48,809 bases of DNA, taken from Sulfurimonas sp. (GTDB taxonomy: Bacteria > Campylobacterota > Campylobacteria > Campylobacterales > Sulfurimonadaceae). The notes below the pieces were generated by a model, which worked only from the letters and a program-made list of their open reading frames with translations, did not search any database and was not told the DNA's origin. Numbering within the stretch: position 1 is the first letter of the stretch; each line of letters begins with the position of its first letter. The DNA lies in the NCBI GenBank assembly GCA_027013185.1, contig JALUXS010000042.1, positions 1-48,809 of the forward strand. The letters run 5' to 3'. Shown one piece after another: positions 38,674 to 48,809 of the stretch. Position numbers and translations under genes: made by a program.

Positions 38674-41091
38674 ATGAAACTTAGTAATTACGGAGAATTT
38701 CCTGCTGATATTCCACTTATAGCAGAAGATGAACTTTTTTTATATCCATTTATGATTTCACCGCTTTTTTTAAGTGATGAAGCAAATATTCAAGCAGCTA
38801 CAAAAGCAATAGAAGATAATTCTTTGGTGATTGTATGCCCGACAAAGCCTACACATGAAAGCCAAAGAGATTTTGAATCACTTTATGATGCCGGTGTAGT
38901 CGGCTCAATCATGAGAAAAGTTTCTTTGCCTGATGGACGAGTAAAAGTACTGTTTCAAGGACTTGCCCGAGCAAAATCTTTGTATAAAGTTTCAGAAAAT
39001 CCTTTAATTGTACATGTAGATGTATTGCAGGCAACAGAAGTTAATTCTTTAAAAATAGATGCTATTTTGGAAGTTGTTCGTGAAAAGGTAAGGGCTTTGG
39101 CTGCTGTAAGTAACTATTTTCCACCCGATTTACTTCGTACAATAGAAGAAAATCATGATCATAATCGTATAATTGATCTTGTATGCTCAACGATTAAGTT
39201 GAAAAAAGAACAGGCATATAAACTTTTTGTAGAAACAGATACAGAAAAAAGATTTTTGGATTTGATTGATGTTTTAATTGATGAAATTGAGGCAAATAAA
39301 CTGCAACGCGAAATTCGTTCAAAAGTACATACGCACATAGAAAAAGTGAATAAAGAGTACTTTTTAAAAGAACAGCTTAAGCAGATTCAACAAGAACTCG
39401 GAACTGATACATCTCGTGAAGAAGAGATAGAAGAGTACAAGAAACAGCTTGAAGCTAAAAAAGATAAAATGGGCGAAGATGCTTATAAAGAAATCGGCAA
39501 ACAGCTTGAGCGATTTTCACGTATGCATCCTGATTCTTCAGATGCTTCTATGACACAAACATATTTGGACTGGGCTTTAGACCTTCCATTTGGTGCTTTG
39601 TCCAAAAAATCTTTGCGTATTGAAAATGTTGAAGAGCAACTCAATAAAGACCATTTTTCTTTGGAAAAACCAAAAGAGAGAATAGTTGAATATTTTGCTG
39701 TTAAAGAGCTTTTGGAGCTTCGAGGTATTTCAGCTAAGAAAAGTGCCGGAGCAATTTTGTGTTTTTGGGGACCTCCGGGTGTCGGTAAAACTTCTCTTGC
39801 AAACTCAATTGCTACAGCACTGAAACGTCCTTTAATTAGAATAGCTCTTGGCGGGCTAGAAGATGTAAATGAACTACGCGGACATCGCCGTACTTATGTA
39901 GGTGCTATGCCTGGGCGTATTTCACAGGGACTTATAGATGCTAAAAAGATGAACCCGGTTATAGTGCTAGATGAAATCGATAAGATTACACGTTCGCAAA
40001 GAGGAGATCCAACTGCAGCCCTTTTGGAAATTTTAGATCCAGAACAAAACAGTGAATTTCGTGATTATTATTTAAACTTTGATTTAGATTTAAGTAATGT
40101 TATTTTTATAGCAACTGCTAATGATGTGGGTCGTATTCCTGCTCCATTGCGTGATAGAATGGAATTTATAACCTTAAGTTCTTATACACCGCAAGAAAAA
40201 TTTGAAATAGCACGGCGTTATTTAGTGCCACAAGAGTTGAAAAAACATGGATTGAAGAAATCTGAAATTACTATTTCAAAACCGGCACTTAAAGAAGTGA
40301 TTCATAGTTATACGCGTGAAGCAGGTGTAAGAAATCTTCGTCGTCGTATTGCTGAACTCTCAAGAAAAGCAGCATTAGAAATACTAAAAAATAGTGATGT
40401 TCCTAAAGTTTCTGTAAGTGTAAAAAATCTTAAAAACTTTTTTGATAAAAGTATATTTGAAATTGAAAAAACAGATAAAGTGCCAGTTATCGGTGTTGTC
40501 AATGGGCTTGCATGGACAGCAGTTGGCGGAGATGTCTTAAAAATTGAGAGTATTCGCATTAAAGGTAAAGGAAATTTACAACTTACAGGTAGCCTTGGCG
40601 ATGTAATGAAAGAATCAGCTCGTATTGCCATGAGCGTTGTAAAAACACTTATAGACAAGAGAAAACTCAAAATTTCACAAGATAATATTCCTTTAACTTT
40701 TAAAGAAAAAGAAGAAATTATTGAGGTAGATCCAAGCGAAGTTTATAAACGTTATGATTTACATGTACATGTACCGGATGGTTCGACACCAAAAGATGGC
40801 CCTAGTGCTGGTATTGCCATGGTAAGCGTGATTGCTTCCATATTTAGCTCTTGTAAAATTCGTTCAGAAATTGCGATGACGGGAGAAGTCTCTTTAACAG
40901 GTGCTGTATTACCAATAGGCGGTCTTAAAGAAAAACTTATAGCCGCATATAAAGCAGATATGACAAAAGTTTTGATACCGGTGAAAAATTATGAAAGAGA
41001 TTTGGATGATATTCCAAAAGAGGTGAAAGATGCTTTAGAAATTGTTCCTGTTAAAAGAGTAGAAGAAGTTTTAAAACAAGTTCTTATATAG
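38674..41091 (+). CDS. lon: ATP-dependent Lon protease
   Basis: GPPGVGKTS, GHRRTYVGAMPG, PKDGPSAG and IGGLKEK motifs. Confidence 0.99.
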   Translation: MKLSNYGEFPADIPLIAEDELFLYPFMISPLFLSDEANIQAATKAIEDNSLVIVCPTKPTHESQRDFESLYDAGVVGSIMRKVSLPDGRVKVLFQGLARAKSLYKVSENPLIVHVDVLQATEVNSLKIDAILEVVREKVRALAAVSNYFPPDLLRTIEENHDHNRIIDLVCSTIKLKKEQAYKLFVETDTEKRFLDLIDVLIDEIEANKLQREIRSKVHTHIEKVNKEYFLKEQLKQIQQELGTDTSREEEIEEYKKQLEAKKDKMGEDAYKEIGKQLERFSRMHPDSSDASMTQTYLDWALDLPFGALSKKSLRIENVEEQLNKDHFSLEKPKERIVEYFAVKELLELRGISAKKSAGAILCFWGPPGVGKTSLANSIATALKRPLIRIALGGLEDVNELRGHRRTYVGAMPGRISQGLIDAKKMNPVIVLDEIDKITRSQRGDPTAALLEILDPEQNSEFRDYYLNFDLDLSNVIFIATANDVGRIPAPLRDRMEFITLSSYTPQEKFEIARRYLVPQELKKHGLKKSEITISKPALKEVIHSYTREAGVRNLRRRIAELSRKAALEILKNSDVPKVSVSVKNLKNFFDKSIFEIEKTDKVPVIGVVNGLAWTAVGGDVLKIESIRIKGKGNLQLTGSLGDVMKESARIAMSVVKTLIDKRKLKISQDNIPLTFKEKEEIIEVDPSEVYKRYDLHVHVPDGSTPKDGPSAGIAMVSVIASIFSSCKIRSEIAMTGEVSLTGAVLPIGGLKEKLIAAYKADMTKVLIPVKNYERDLDDIPKEVKDALEIVPVKRVEEVLKQVLI

Positions 41092-41100
41092 AACTTGTTT

Positions 41101-41478
41101 TTAAACAATAACTGTCTTGATTTTTTCTATCAAATCATGATTTCGAATAGGTTTCATTAAAAAACCATTTGCTCCACATTCTAACGCTTCAGCTTTTTTT
41201 GTTTCATCTGTTGTGAGAACAATAATTGGAAGCTGACGAAGATTGTCATCAGCACGTACTACTTTAAGCATATCTATTCCACCCATAATAGGCATAATGA
41301 TGTCTAAAAGTATTAAGTCAATATCATCTCTACTTTTAAGTACTCCTATCGCATCAGAACCATTTTTAGCCTCTATAACCTCTGTAACATTTCCGCTTTT
41401 CATCAGCATAGATTTTAGGAGTTTCAGGTTTATTAAGTCGTCATCAACGGCTAATACAACTAAGTCAGTTCTTTTCAT
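41101..41478 (-). CDS. Single-domain response regulator (CheY-like)
   Basis: VDDD, LLDIIMP, LTT and KP; no output domain. Confidence 0.95.
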   Translation of the reverse strand: MKRTDLVVLAVDDDLINLKLLKSMLMKSGNVTEVIEAKNGSDAIGVLKSRDDIDLILLDIIMPIMGGIDMLKVVRADDNLRQLPIIVLTTDETKKAEALECGANGFLMKPIRNHDLIEKIKTVIV

Positions 41479-41488
41479 TATTATTTCC

Positions 41489-44400
41489 TTAAATAAATTT
41501 TTCTATTACAAGTCTAAGTACATCTTTGTTAACAACATTTTTAATACTTTCATCTACATATTTTGCATCTTCTTCGTTCTCAGGCATTGCTGGATCGACT
41601 ATTATTACTAAGTGTGATGAGAGATTGTTTTGCTTATTTGTTGTATGTACTAAGTTTGTAAATTCTTTGAGTTGCAATGAATCACACTCTTTGTCAAATA
41701 AAATGAGTTTGTAATTATTGTTTTGAACTTTTTCTTGTAGTTCATGCATATGATTAGTTACTTCATAACTATAACCTAAAGAGTCAAGTACTTTCGTGAA
41801 AAGCTTTGTTTCAAAGGGACTTTTTTTAGCAAGTAAAATGTCTGCTTTATATTCTGCTGGTTTTATCTGCTCTTTTTGTTCAGTTTGTTCAGGTTCTATT
41901 ACTTCTTCAGGCTCTATCACTTCTTCTTCAGACTTAGTCTCTTCATTTACATCAACGATATACTCAGCTAAAAAGTGATTTAGAAGCGTAATGATTTCTT
42001 CACGTACAAGAGGCTTTGTTGTATATTCATCAAGTCCTGCAGCCAAAAATCTTTCTCTGTCTCCCTTAAGAGCATTTGCGGTAAGTGCTACTATCGGTAC
42101 ATGTAGTTGATTATACTCTTCTTCATATTCAAGAATTTCATGTGTCGCTTCAATTCCATCAAGATAAGGCATTTGAATATCCATAAATATGATATTATAA
42201 TTGTTATCTTTTCGTTTTTGAAATGCTTCAAGACCATTAGAAGCGATATCTACATGTAAACCTAAATCTTCCAAGGTTCGCTTGATAAGCTTTTGATTAA
42301 TGATGTTATCTTCTGCAACAAGTACATTTGCATCAAATTTTGAAGAACCTGCCATAAAAACTTTTGTAGAAGCTTTCTTTATTTTTGGTGCTGTAAAATT
42401 CTCACTTTGGTAGTTTTCAAGTGCTGTTTTAAGTTTGGAGTTATTTAAAGGCTCATAAATTGTTTTAAAAATTTTAATGCCTAATGAGTCAATTTTACGC
42501 ATAAAGTATGATTTTGTAAGTAAAATCATCTTTTGTGGTAAATCAGCATAGGCTTTGAGTTCATCTTCTGAAGCATATTCATAATCTATAAAAAGTAAAT
42601 CATAACTTATTTGTCTCTGAAGTGTTTGTAACTCATTTGCATCTTTAAATGTGGTGTAGCTGATACCATAATAATCAAGATACTCTTTTAAATATATATC
42701 TTGTCTTTTTGTTTTGTGTGATGATTCTAAAATGAGTGCATTAACACTAGCATAAATGCCGTTTGAAGTCTCATTTACAGCTTCTATTTCTTCGAAATCA
42801 AGTGTAAAGAAGAATGTTGTACCTTCTCCTGGTTCACTGTGTAAATCAAGTTGTCCACCCATAAGTTCAATAAATCTTGCAGAAATAGTAAGACCAAGAC
42901 CTGTACCACCATATTTACGTGTAATTGATGTATCTGCTTGTGAGAATGCTTCAAAAATTCGAGATTTTTGCTCACTTGTAACACCAATACCACTGTCTTG
43001 TACCTCAAATCTTACACGTGTTGTTCCCTCTTGCGGTGATGCAAGTTTTCTGATGTCAACATTAATGGCACCAGAACTACTTGTAAATTTAACAGCATTA
43101 GAAAGTAAATTGATAACAACTTCTTTAATCTTTGTAGGGTCGCCTTTAAGCGGTTGTTCAAGTTCCGGATCTATAAAACATCCAAGGTCAATATGTTTTT
43201 CACTTGCACGTACAGCATAAACTTCAACAGCACTTTCAAACTCTTCAACAGGATTGAAAATAACATCTTCAATTTCAAGCTTATTACTTTCAATTTTTGA
43301 GAGGTCAAGAATATTATTAATAATTTCTAAAAGATTTTCAGATGATTTTTCAATGATTTCAACAAATTCCCCTTGTTCTTCTTTGAGACCTGTATCTTTA
43401 AGAAGTTCGGTAAATCCGACAATACCGTTGAGTGGTGTTCTAATTTCATGTGACATATTGGCAAGGAACATAGATTTTGCTTCACTTGCCTCTTGGGCAG
43501 CTTCTTTATCTTGTTTTGTCTGTTCTATGATTTTTTCAAGGAAGCTATATGCCTCTTCTGTTCCTTTTGCCGTATGAAGATTGATATCAACGGCTGTGTC
43601 ACTCTCGTTAGTATCTTCTGCAACTCTTTTAAGTACATTTTCAAGATTTTCAATATTTTTAGCAATTTCATTTGAAAGTAAAAAGCCGAGTACTGCTAAA
43701 ATAACAGAAATAATCCATACTGCTAAAGTAACAGAAAGAATTTGAAGTGCATCAGTTTTAACTTTTACAGCTCTTGTATCCATCGCAGTTAAAACTATAT
43801 TTTCTGCTTTAGAAATTGAGTTTGTTTTCTCTGAAAGCATTGCAAACCATACACCCGGATTAGTGTCATACTTTGCACTTTCTGCAGATGTTAAAATACT
43901 TGCTCTTTCTGTATTAATATCCTCAAATAATTCAACAGTGTCTTCATTTTTAAATATGGTATTTAATTTTTTTATTAATTGAGAATTTTTGAGCGTATTA
44001 TAATTTAGGGCATCAGCTTTTGCTATTAATGATATCCATTTATTAATCTCTTCTTCTTCCATTGCTGTTGAACGTGCAAGGGTAAAAGAAATAAAGTCAC
44101 GTTCTGCTGCAGTATACTCATTGGCTCGTACAAATGAAATATAAACAGATGAGTAAGAATTAATTTTTGTATCTAATTGATCTGATGTAATTGTTTCAAG
44201 TTTTTTTAGTGCTATAGCTTGTGCTTTACCATACACATCATTATAAATATGATTAAAATTTGCTTCATGCTTATCTACTAATACTCTTGCCTTTTTTATC
44301 TTTTGCAGGGCAGTTGCTAAAGTATTTTTTGAAGATTTTGTATGGTTGTGTTTGAAATATAATGCTTCTTTTTCATCCACAAGTTTACGTTGTTTTACAA

Positions 44401-44638
44401 GTGATTTTAATGTATTTGGTGAAGAATTTCCGAGATACATTACAGTCATTCCTCTTTCACGAGAAATATTTGTTAACAAGTTATTAAGTTCTCTATTTGT
44501 AGAGAGTTTATCCTGAAGTAACTGGGCTGCTTTATAATTTTCATAAGAATTGTAAACAAAATAACTTGTTACAGAAAATAAAATAATAATTGGTAATAAA
44601 CTGATAAGTTTCAGTCTATTTTTTAAGCCTATTTGCAT
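41489..44638 (-). CDS. Membrane hybrid histidine kinase with NIT-like periplasmic sensor and three REC-like domains
   Basis: TM-SRERGMT...AAERD-TM; [15 protein letters not shown]; [10 protein letters not shown]; DSGIG; GGTGLGL; intact REC (AEDN..FMDIQMP..KP) flanked by two degenerate RECs. Confidence 0.93.
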   Translation of the reverse strand: MQIGLKNRLKLISLLPIIILFSVTSYFVYNSYENYKAAQLLQDKLSTNRELNNLLTNISRERGMTVMYLGNSSPNTLKSLVKQRKLVDEKEALYFKHNHTKSSKNTLATALQKIKKARVLVDKHEANFNHIYNDVYGKAQAIALKKLETITSDQLDTKINSYSSVYISFVRANEYTAAERDFISFTLARSTAMEEEEINKWISLIAKADALNYNTLKNSQLIKKLNTIFKNEDTVELFEDINTERASILTSAESAKYDTNPGVWFAMLSEKTNSISKAENIVLTAMDTRAVKVKTDALQILSVTLAVWIISVILAVLGFLLSNEIAKNIENLENVLKRVAEDTNESDTAVDINLHTAKGTEEAYSFLEKIIEQTKQDKEAAQEASEAKSMFLANMSHEIRTPLNGIVGFTELLKDTGLKEEQGEFVEIIEKSSENLLEIINNILDLSKIESNKLEIEDVIFNPVEEFESAVEVYAVRASEKHIDLGCFIDPELEQPLKGDPTKIKEVVINLLSNAVKFTSSSGAINVDIRKLASPQEGTTRVRFEVQDSGIGVTSEQKSRIFEAFSQADTSITRKYGGTGLGLTISARFIELMGGQLDLHSEPGEGTTFFFTLDFEEIEAVNETSNGIYASVNALILESSHKTKRQDIYLKEYLDYYGISYTTFKDANELQTLQRQISYDLLFIDYEYASEDELKAYADLPQKMILLTKSYFMRKIDSLGIKIFKTIYEPLNNSKLKTALENYQSENFTAPKIKKASTKVFMAGSSKFDANVLVAEDNIINQKLIKRTLEDLGLHVDIASNGLEAFQKRKDNNYNIIFMDIQMPYLDGIEATHEILEYEEEYNQLHVPIVALTANALKGDRERFLAAGLDEYTTKPLVREEIITLLNHFLAEYIVDVNEETKSEEEVIEPEEVIEPEQTEQKEQIKPAEYKADILLAKKSPFETKLFTKVLDSLGYSYEVTNHMHELQEKVQNNNYKLILFDKECDSLQLKEFTNLVHTTNKQNNLSSHLVIIVDPAMPENEEDAKYVDESIKNVVNKDVLRLVIEKFI
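41888..41923. repeat. Imperfect 18-bp tandem duplication in the kinase linker (EVIEPE x2)
   Basis: TTCAGGTTCTATTACTTC / TTCAGGCTCTATCACTTC, 16 of 18 identical. Confidence 0.6.
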
Positions 44639-44641
44639 TGA

Positions 44642-46126
44642 TTAATCCTTTAGTTGTAAAATTTTTGTTATAGCAGAATCAATTTTATTAATTGCTTCAC
44701 GTATACTTTCTTTATCGTCTGAGTGCATAAGTACTTCAAGCTCATCTGCAAAAGTATGCATACGCATATTATCGCACATGCCTTTGAATTTGAGTACTTG
44801 AATTTTTAAACTATCATTATTATCATCATCTAATGCCGCGTTCATTTTATCAAAAAGAGTATGTGCTTCCTCAACGAAATCTTTAAAGAGTTCAGTAAAC
44901 GTTGCAAAATCTATGCCTATTTCATTGGCAATCTTTTTTTTGGAATACTCTTGTGCGTTTAGTTCAGTTGCATCTTCATCTTCACTTTTATCTTCATCCT
45001 GATCTTCATCCACTTTGAGTTCTAGTCCTTCTTGTACATCTTCAGATTCATTAAGACTAAGTTCTAGCGGTTCTTCTGTATTTTCAGGCTCATCAAGGCT
45101 GATATCTAATTTTTCATCATCAATATTTAAAAAGTCGTCATCTACGAGTTCTGGTATATCAATTTTATCGGGTACATCAGTATCTTTTATCTCTGGTTCC
45201 GGGTTGATATCTTTTCTTGAAAGTTTTGTAATGATTTTGTAAAAAGCATCTAAATTGATTTTAATGGCATCTGCGTCTGTTGCAGCATTTATAACAGAAA
45301 GTACTTCATATGCATCTTCTATGCGTAAATTTGCCGCAACTCCTTTAAGTTTGTGAGAAAGAATTTTTACATTGTCAATGTCTCCGTTATGAAGCGCTTT
45401 GTAGAGTCCCTCTTTGAAGTCATTTGCTTGATCTATAAAATCTTGTATAAATTCTTCAATCAAATCCAGCGGTAGACCAAGCTCTTTAGAAGCAATATGT
45501 GGGTCATAGGTATAAGCACTGAGTGCATTTTCTAATTTTTCAGCTTCTGGATTGGGCATTACTTGAGTTGGAATTTCTGGAGTCGGTATAGCACTTTCTT
45601 CCTCAACATCAAAACTTAAGTCTCCCACATCAAGCATCTCATCCATTTGTGGAATATTCGTCTCTTCTAAAGGTTCTTCATCATAGGCATCAACAACGAG
45701 TGGAGTTTCTGGTGTTATCGTTTGTGAAGATGTTTGTTTGAGTGTCGGAGCAGGTTTTTGGGCTATATCTGCAGAAATATGTTCATATTCATCATTTGTA
45801 AGTGCTCGAAGATTATTTAAGGAAATAAGGTATGCTTTTTGGTTTGGATTATCTACAAGGTATGCATTGCTTATTGAAATCACTGCCCTGTAGCTTTTCG
45901 CATTTGCATTGATAATAACTTTTGATTCTTCATTGGACTCTGCACAAGCAATAAAATCTATCCAATGAACATGCTGAAAATTATGAATATAACCAGGTGT
46001 TTTTACAAATAAATCAGCGAAATCTGTTACCTCTGCACGTAAAGCAGCCAAATCTTTATACCCAAGGGTATGCAAATCTTTTTCATCAATCCCTAAAAAC
46101 TCTTTTTGAAAATTATAAATTAGCAT
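44642..46126 (-). CDS. Hpt-domain phosphotransfer protein (PAS-like N-terminus, two Hpt-like domains, acidic linkers)
   Basis: SHKLKGVAANL is an intact Hpt motif; C-terminal VLKFKGMCDNM lacks the His. Confidence 0.85.
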   Translation of the reverse strand: MLIYNFQKEFLGIDEKDLHTLGYKDLAALRAEVTDFADLFVKTPGYIHNFQHVHWIDFIACAESNEESKVIINANAKSYRAVISISNAYLVDNPNQKAYLISLNNLRALTNDEYEHISADIAQKPAPTLKQTSSQTITPETPLVVDAYDEEPLEETNIPQMDEMLDVGDLSFDVEEESAIPTPEIPTQVMPNPEAEKLENALSAYTYDPHIASKELGLPLDLIEEFIQDFIDQANDFKEGLYKALHNGDIDNVKILSHKLKGVAANLRIEDAYEVLSVINAATDADAIKINLDAFYKIITKLSRKDINPEPEIKDTDVPDKIDIPELVDDDFLNIDDEKLDISLDEPENTEEPLELSLNESEDVQEGLELKVDEDQDEDKSEDEDATELNAQEYSKKKIANEIGIDFATFTELFKDFVEEAHTLFDKMNAALDDDNNDSLKIQVLKFKGMCDNMRMHTFADELEVLMHSDDKESIREAINKIDSAITKILQLKD

Positions 46127-46139
46127 TATTTATCCCTTT

Positions 46140-46550
46140 TTACTCTGCTTCAAGCATTTTTTTGTATATTTCTTCTGTCTCTTGTATGTCTTTACGGGAT
46201 GCTGCTTTTCTTGCAGCAATGTATCCGGTTATCTCATTATCAGCATTACGAATAGGCAAAATTTCTGTATCAACCCAATAATAAAGGCCATCTTTTCGTA
46301 AGTTTTTAACAAGCCCGTTCCATGCCTGTCCGCCTTGAATGGTTTCCCACATTTTTGCAAAAACAGCACGAGGCATATCAGGATGCCTAAGAATGTTATG
46401 AGGTTTTCCTATAAGTTCTTCTGCTTTATACCCTGATACACTACAAAAAAGCCTATTGGCATATGTAATGACACCTTTTAAATCTGTTTGGGAAATGATG
46501 ACATTTCCATCAAAAAAATACTCTTCGTCTACAGGAATAATTTTACTCAT
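46140..46550 (-). CDS. Stand-alone Aer/CetB-type PAS protein (probably FAD-binding)
   Basis: IISQTDLKGVITYAN, HNILRHPDMP and VKNLRKDGLYYWV motifs. Confidence 0.92.
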   Translation of the reverse strand: MSKIIPVDEEYFFDGNVIISQTDLKGVITYANRLFCSVSGYKAEELIGKPHNILRHPDMPRAVFAKMWETIQGGQAWNGLVKNLRKDGLYYWVDTEILPIRNADNEITGYIAARKAASRKDIQETEEIYKKMLEAE

Positions 46551-46619
46551 TAAAAAACCTTATAATTAGCTACTTATTTGAAATGTCACAAATATATCAT
46601 AAAGGAGTGAAAAAAAAAC

Positions 46620-48422
46620 TTAGTTATAAAAATTTTTGATAGTTTTTGCATCTTTTGTATTTAAAAGTGAACTAATATCATCAAATGTTACATCTTTGAG
46701 TGCTTCAAAAGTTCCAAAGTGCTTCAATAGTTTTTGAACTTTTGCAGCAGAAATACCATGTAAACTTAAAAGTTTGCTTTCTTGATCTATTTTTAGTTTT
46801 GTTTTTTTGTGAAAAGTGATAGCACTTCGATGTGCTTCATCTCGTAAATTTTGTGCCCATTGCAAACGTTTGTCACTTGTTTGAAGTCTGAAAATTTCAT
46901 CTTTTGTATAGAGAATATCTTGTGCTTTTCCCTTTGCACGGTGTGCTTTTGCATCAACTTTTTCTTTTGAAATTGCTATAACATCCAGAATAACACCATT
47001 TGATTCTAAAATATCTAAGGCAAGTTTTAATAAGGTTGCCCCTCCATCTAAAATCCATAAGTCAGGAGGAGAATTTTTTTCAAAACTTGCTACGCGTCTG
47101 CTGAGTGTTTCTCTCATTTGTCCATACTCATCTTTTACATGTAAATGATATGTTCTATATGATTTCTTGTCAAATTTTCCATTTTCATAAACTATCATAG
47201 CCCCTACCGTTGCAACGCCTGACATATGTGAATTGTCAAAGACTTCTACTCTGTTTGGCATTTTGTCTAATTGGCACAGCTCTTGCATATCTTCTAAAAT
47301 TTTGCTGTTAAAACTTTCTTTGTCTTTTTTGAGAAGTTCTGTTGCATTTAATTTTGCCAGTGAAATAAGGTCTTTTTTCTTGCCTCTTTGAGGGAGACTA
47401 ATATGTGCTTTTTTTTCAAAAAGCTTTGTAAGGTGTTGTTGGACTAACTGTTGGTCTTCAAATGTATCGGCAATAAGTATGGGTGCTATGATGGGCGGTT
47501 TTTCATCTTTATAAAAACTAAGCAGAGCTCTTGAATAAATCTCATTTGCATCAAATCCTTCATGTAAATTGATATATTCATGAGAAGAGGAAATGATTTT
47601 TCCATGACGCATAAATATTTTAACAACTACAGCTCGTGATGAGGAATGTTCAACGGCAAAAATATCATAATTTTCGTTAGTAGCAAAATCAATATCACTT
47701 TTTATTTGGGAGCGTTCTATCTTTTCAATGCTGTCTCGAAGCGTGGCTGCCTCTTCAAAGCGAAGATTTTGTGCATAAAATTCCATTTTCTCTTGAAGCC
47801 TGTTGATAAGTTCGCTTTTGTTTTTTATAAGTTGTGTTGCTAAATCGACTTCCTCTGCGTATCTCTGTTTGCTAATTGGAAGTTCACAAGGACCAAGACA
47901 TTTTCCTATTTGATGATATAAACAGAGTTTTTTAGATTTAAGACAGCCTTTTTTTTGCACAAGTTTACAAATATCATACAAAGAGTTGAGAATATCCCTC
48001 GCTCCAACAGAAAAAGGACCATAATAAGTGATGTCTTTACTCTTTATAACTTTTCTTGTGATTTCAAAACGGGGAAAATCAAGAGAATTATCTATATATA
48101 TATAAGGAAAAGTTTTATCATCGCGAAGTAAAATATTGTATTTTGGATTCAGTTGCTTGATAAGTGAGTTTTCAAGTATAAGTGCATCATGTTCAGAATT
48201 GACAACTATGTAATGCATTGAAACAGTCTGATGTATCATTTTTGTAATACGCAGAGATAAATTTGAATGTGCATGAAGTTCAGGTGTAAATTGCCAGTAA
48301 CTTTTTACCCTGTTTGCAAGATTTTTTGCTTTTCCTATATAAAGTAGATGCCCATTTTTGTCAAAGTATTGGTAAACACCCGGAGCAGTAGGGAGTTGTT
48401 TTATTTTTTCTTTAAGTGTCAT
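46620..48422 (-). CDS. uvrC: Excinuclease ABC subunit C
   Basis: [19 protein letters not shown] (GIY-YIG), FDNSH, DGG, RDEAHR and HhH tail. Confidence 0.98.
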   Translation of the reverse strand: MTLKEKIKQLPTAPGVYQYFDKNGHLLYIGKAKNLANRVKSYWQFTPELHAHSNLSLRITKMIHQTVSMHYIVVNSEHDALILENSLIKQLNPKYNILLRDDKTFPYIYIDNSLDFPRFEITRKVIKSKDITYYGPFSVGARDILNSLYDICKLVQKKGCLKSKKLCLYHQIGKCLGPCELPISKQRYAEEVDLATQLIKNKSELINRLQEKMEFYAQNLRFEEAATLRDSIEKIERSQIKSDIDFATNENYDIFAVEHSSSRAVVVKIFMRHGKIISSSHEYINLHEGFDANEIYSRALLSFYKDEKPPIIAPILIADTFEDQQLVQQHLTKLFEKKAHISLPQRGKKKDLISLAKLNATELLKKDKESFNSKILEDMQELCQLDKMPNRVEVFDNSHMSGVATVGAMIVYENGKFDKKSYRTYHLHVKDEYGQMRETLSRRVASFEKNSPPDLWILDGGATLLKLALDILESNGVILDVIAISKEKVDAKAHRAKGKAQDILYTKDEIFRLQTSDKRLQWAQNLRDEAHRSAITFHKKTKLKIDQESKLLSLHGISAAKVQKLLKHFGTFEALKDVTFDDISSLLNTKDAKTIKNFYN

Positions 48423-48809
48423 TGTTCTTTTTTATAATGTTTTGTATTGAGCGTATTAATTCTTTAAGCTTTTCATCTTTGACGCTAATTGAAAAGTTAC
48501 CGCTTGAACGCTCTTTATATGTTTCAATTTCTTTTGCTTTTATTCCTACATGTAAATCTTTATGCGATGTGGGAGAATGTGTTACAAATGCTTTAATATC
48601 TTGTATATTGTCATCTTCACATTCACTTGGAGTATAAAACTTTAAAGCACTTTTAATGCTTTGTATATTATTATCAAATTCTTGTTTGGCACCGGGATGA
48701 TTCAAAACGAAAAAAAGTGTATGATTCTTTATGTATGCAAATTTTATCATCTTTTGCAATGGAGGACTAAATATTGACTGTATTTTATCTATACACTTAT
48801 ATTTGGATA
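48412..48809 (-). CDS. Hypothetical protein, DUF721/DciA-like (5' truncated by window)
   Basis: Frame stays open to the window edge ([20 protein letters not shown]...). [15 protein letters not shown] resembles the DciA/DUF721 core; overlaps the uvrC start. Confidence 0.55.
   Translation of the reverse strand, partial: SKYKCIDKIQSIFSPPLQKMIKFAYIKNHTLFFVLNHPGAKQEFDNNIQSIKSALKFYTPSECEDDNIQDIKAFVTHSPTSHKDLHVGIKAKEIETYKERSSGNFSISVKDEKLKELIRSIQNIIKKNNDT

Noticed and set aside
46609-46618. Poly-A run (also poly-T near 31507)
   Set aside because: Short intergenic A/T runs are common here; no poly-G/C phase-variation tracts were seen.
1581-48637. Numerous 60-154 aa ORF-track entries antisense or out of frame within long genes (e.g. 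7326-7688, 17745-18056, 40308-40670, 42756-43220)
   Set aside because: Shadow ORFs of well-supported genes, with no SD or motifs and composition typical of reverse-strand codon bias.

Overview
AT-rich chromosomal window from a Campylobacterota bacterium, most like Sulfurimonas/Sulfuricurvum (inferred from gene content and order, e.g. nuoN-pflA and cheZ-U32-purE-DUF3972-glyQ). It contains the distal part of a complex I (nuo) operon whose electron-input module is unusual: a small epsilon-type NuoE-like subunit, a 4Fe-4S/FAD/NADPH GltD-like flavoprotein in place of NuoF, and two tandem NuoG paralogues. Further content: pflA; a trxA-trxB-dapB operon with a hemerythrin/DUF2249/membrane-protein trio inside it, facing a truncated globin; housekeeping genes (hisK, cheZ, U32, purE, glyQ, recG, hpf, bamD, lon, uvrC); an MSHA-like minor pilin plus giant adhesin cassette; an orphan, apparently leaderless MntA with a possible deleted HEPN toxin remnant; and a PAS/Hpt/NIT-hybrid kinase/REC phosphorelay with no DNA-binding output. 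The most striking unannotated item is the 350-bp glyQ-recG gap. It holds two tiny hydrophobic ORFs, convergent promoters, an SD/start-sequestering hairpin and a 5'-3' long-range pairing, consistent with an undescribed type I toxin-antitoxin-like locus. No rRNA, tRNA, CRISPR array or transposase was recognised. All family assignments are from motif recognition, not database searches.
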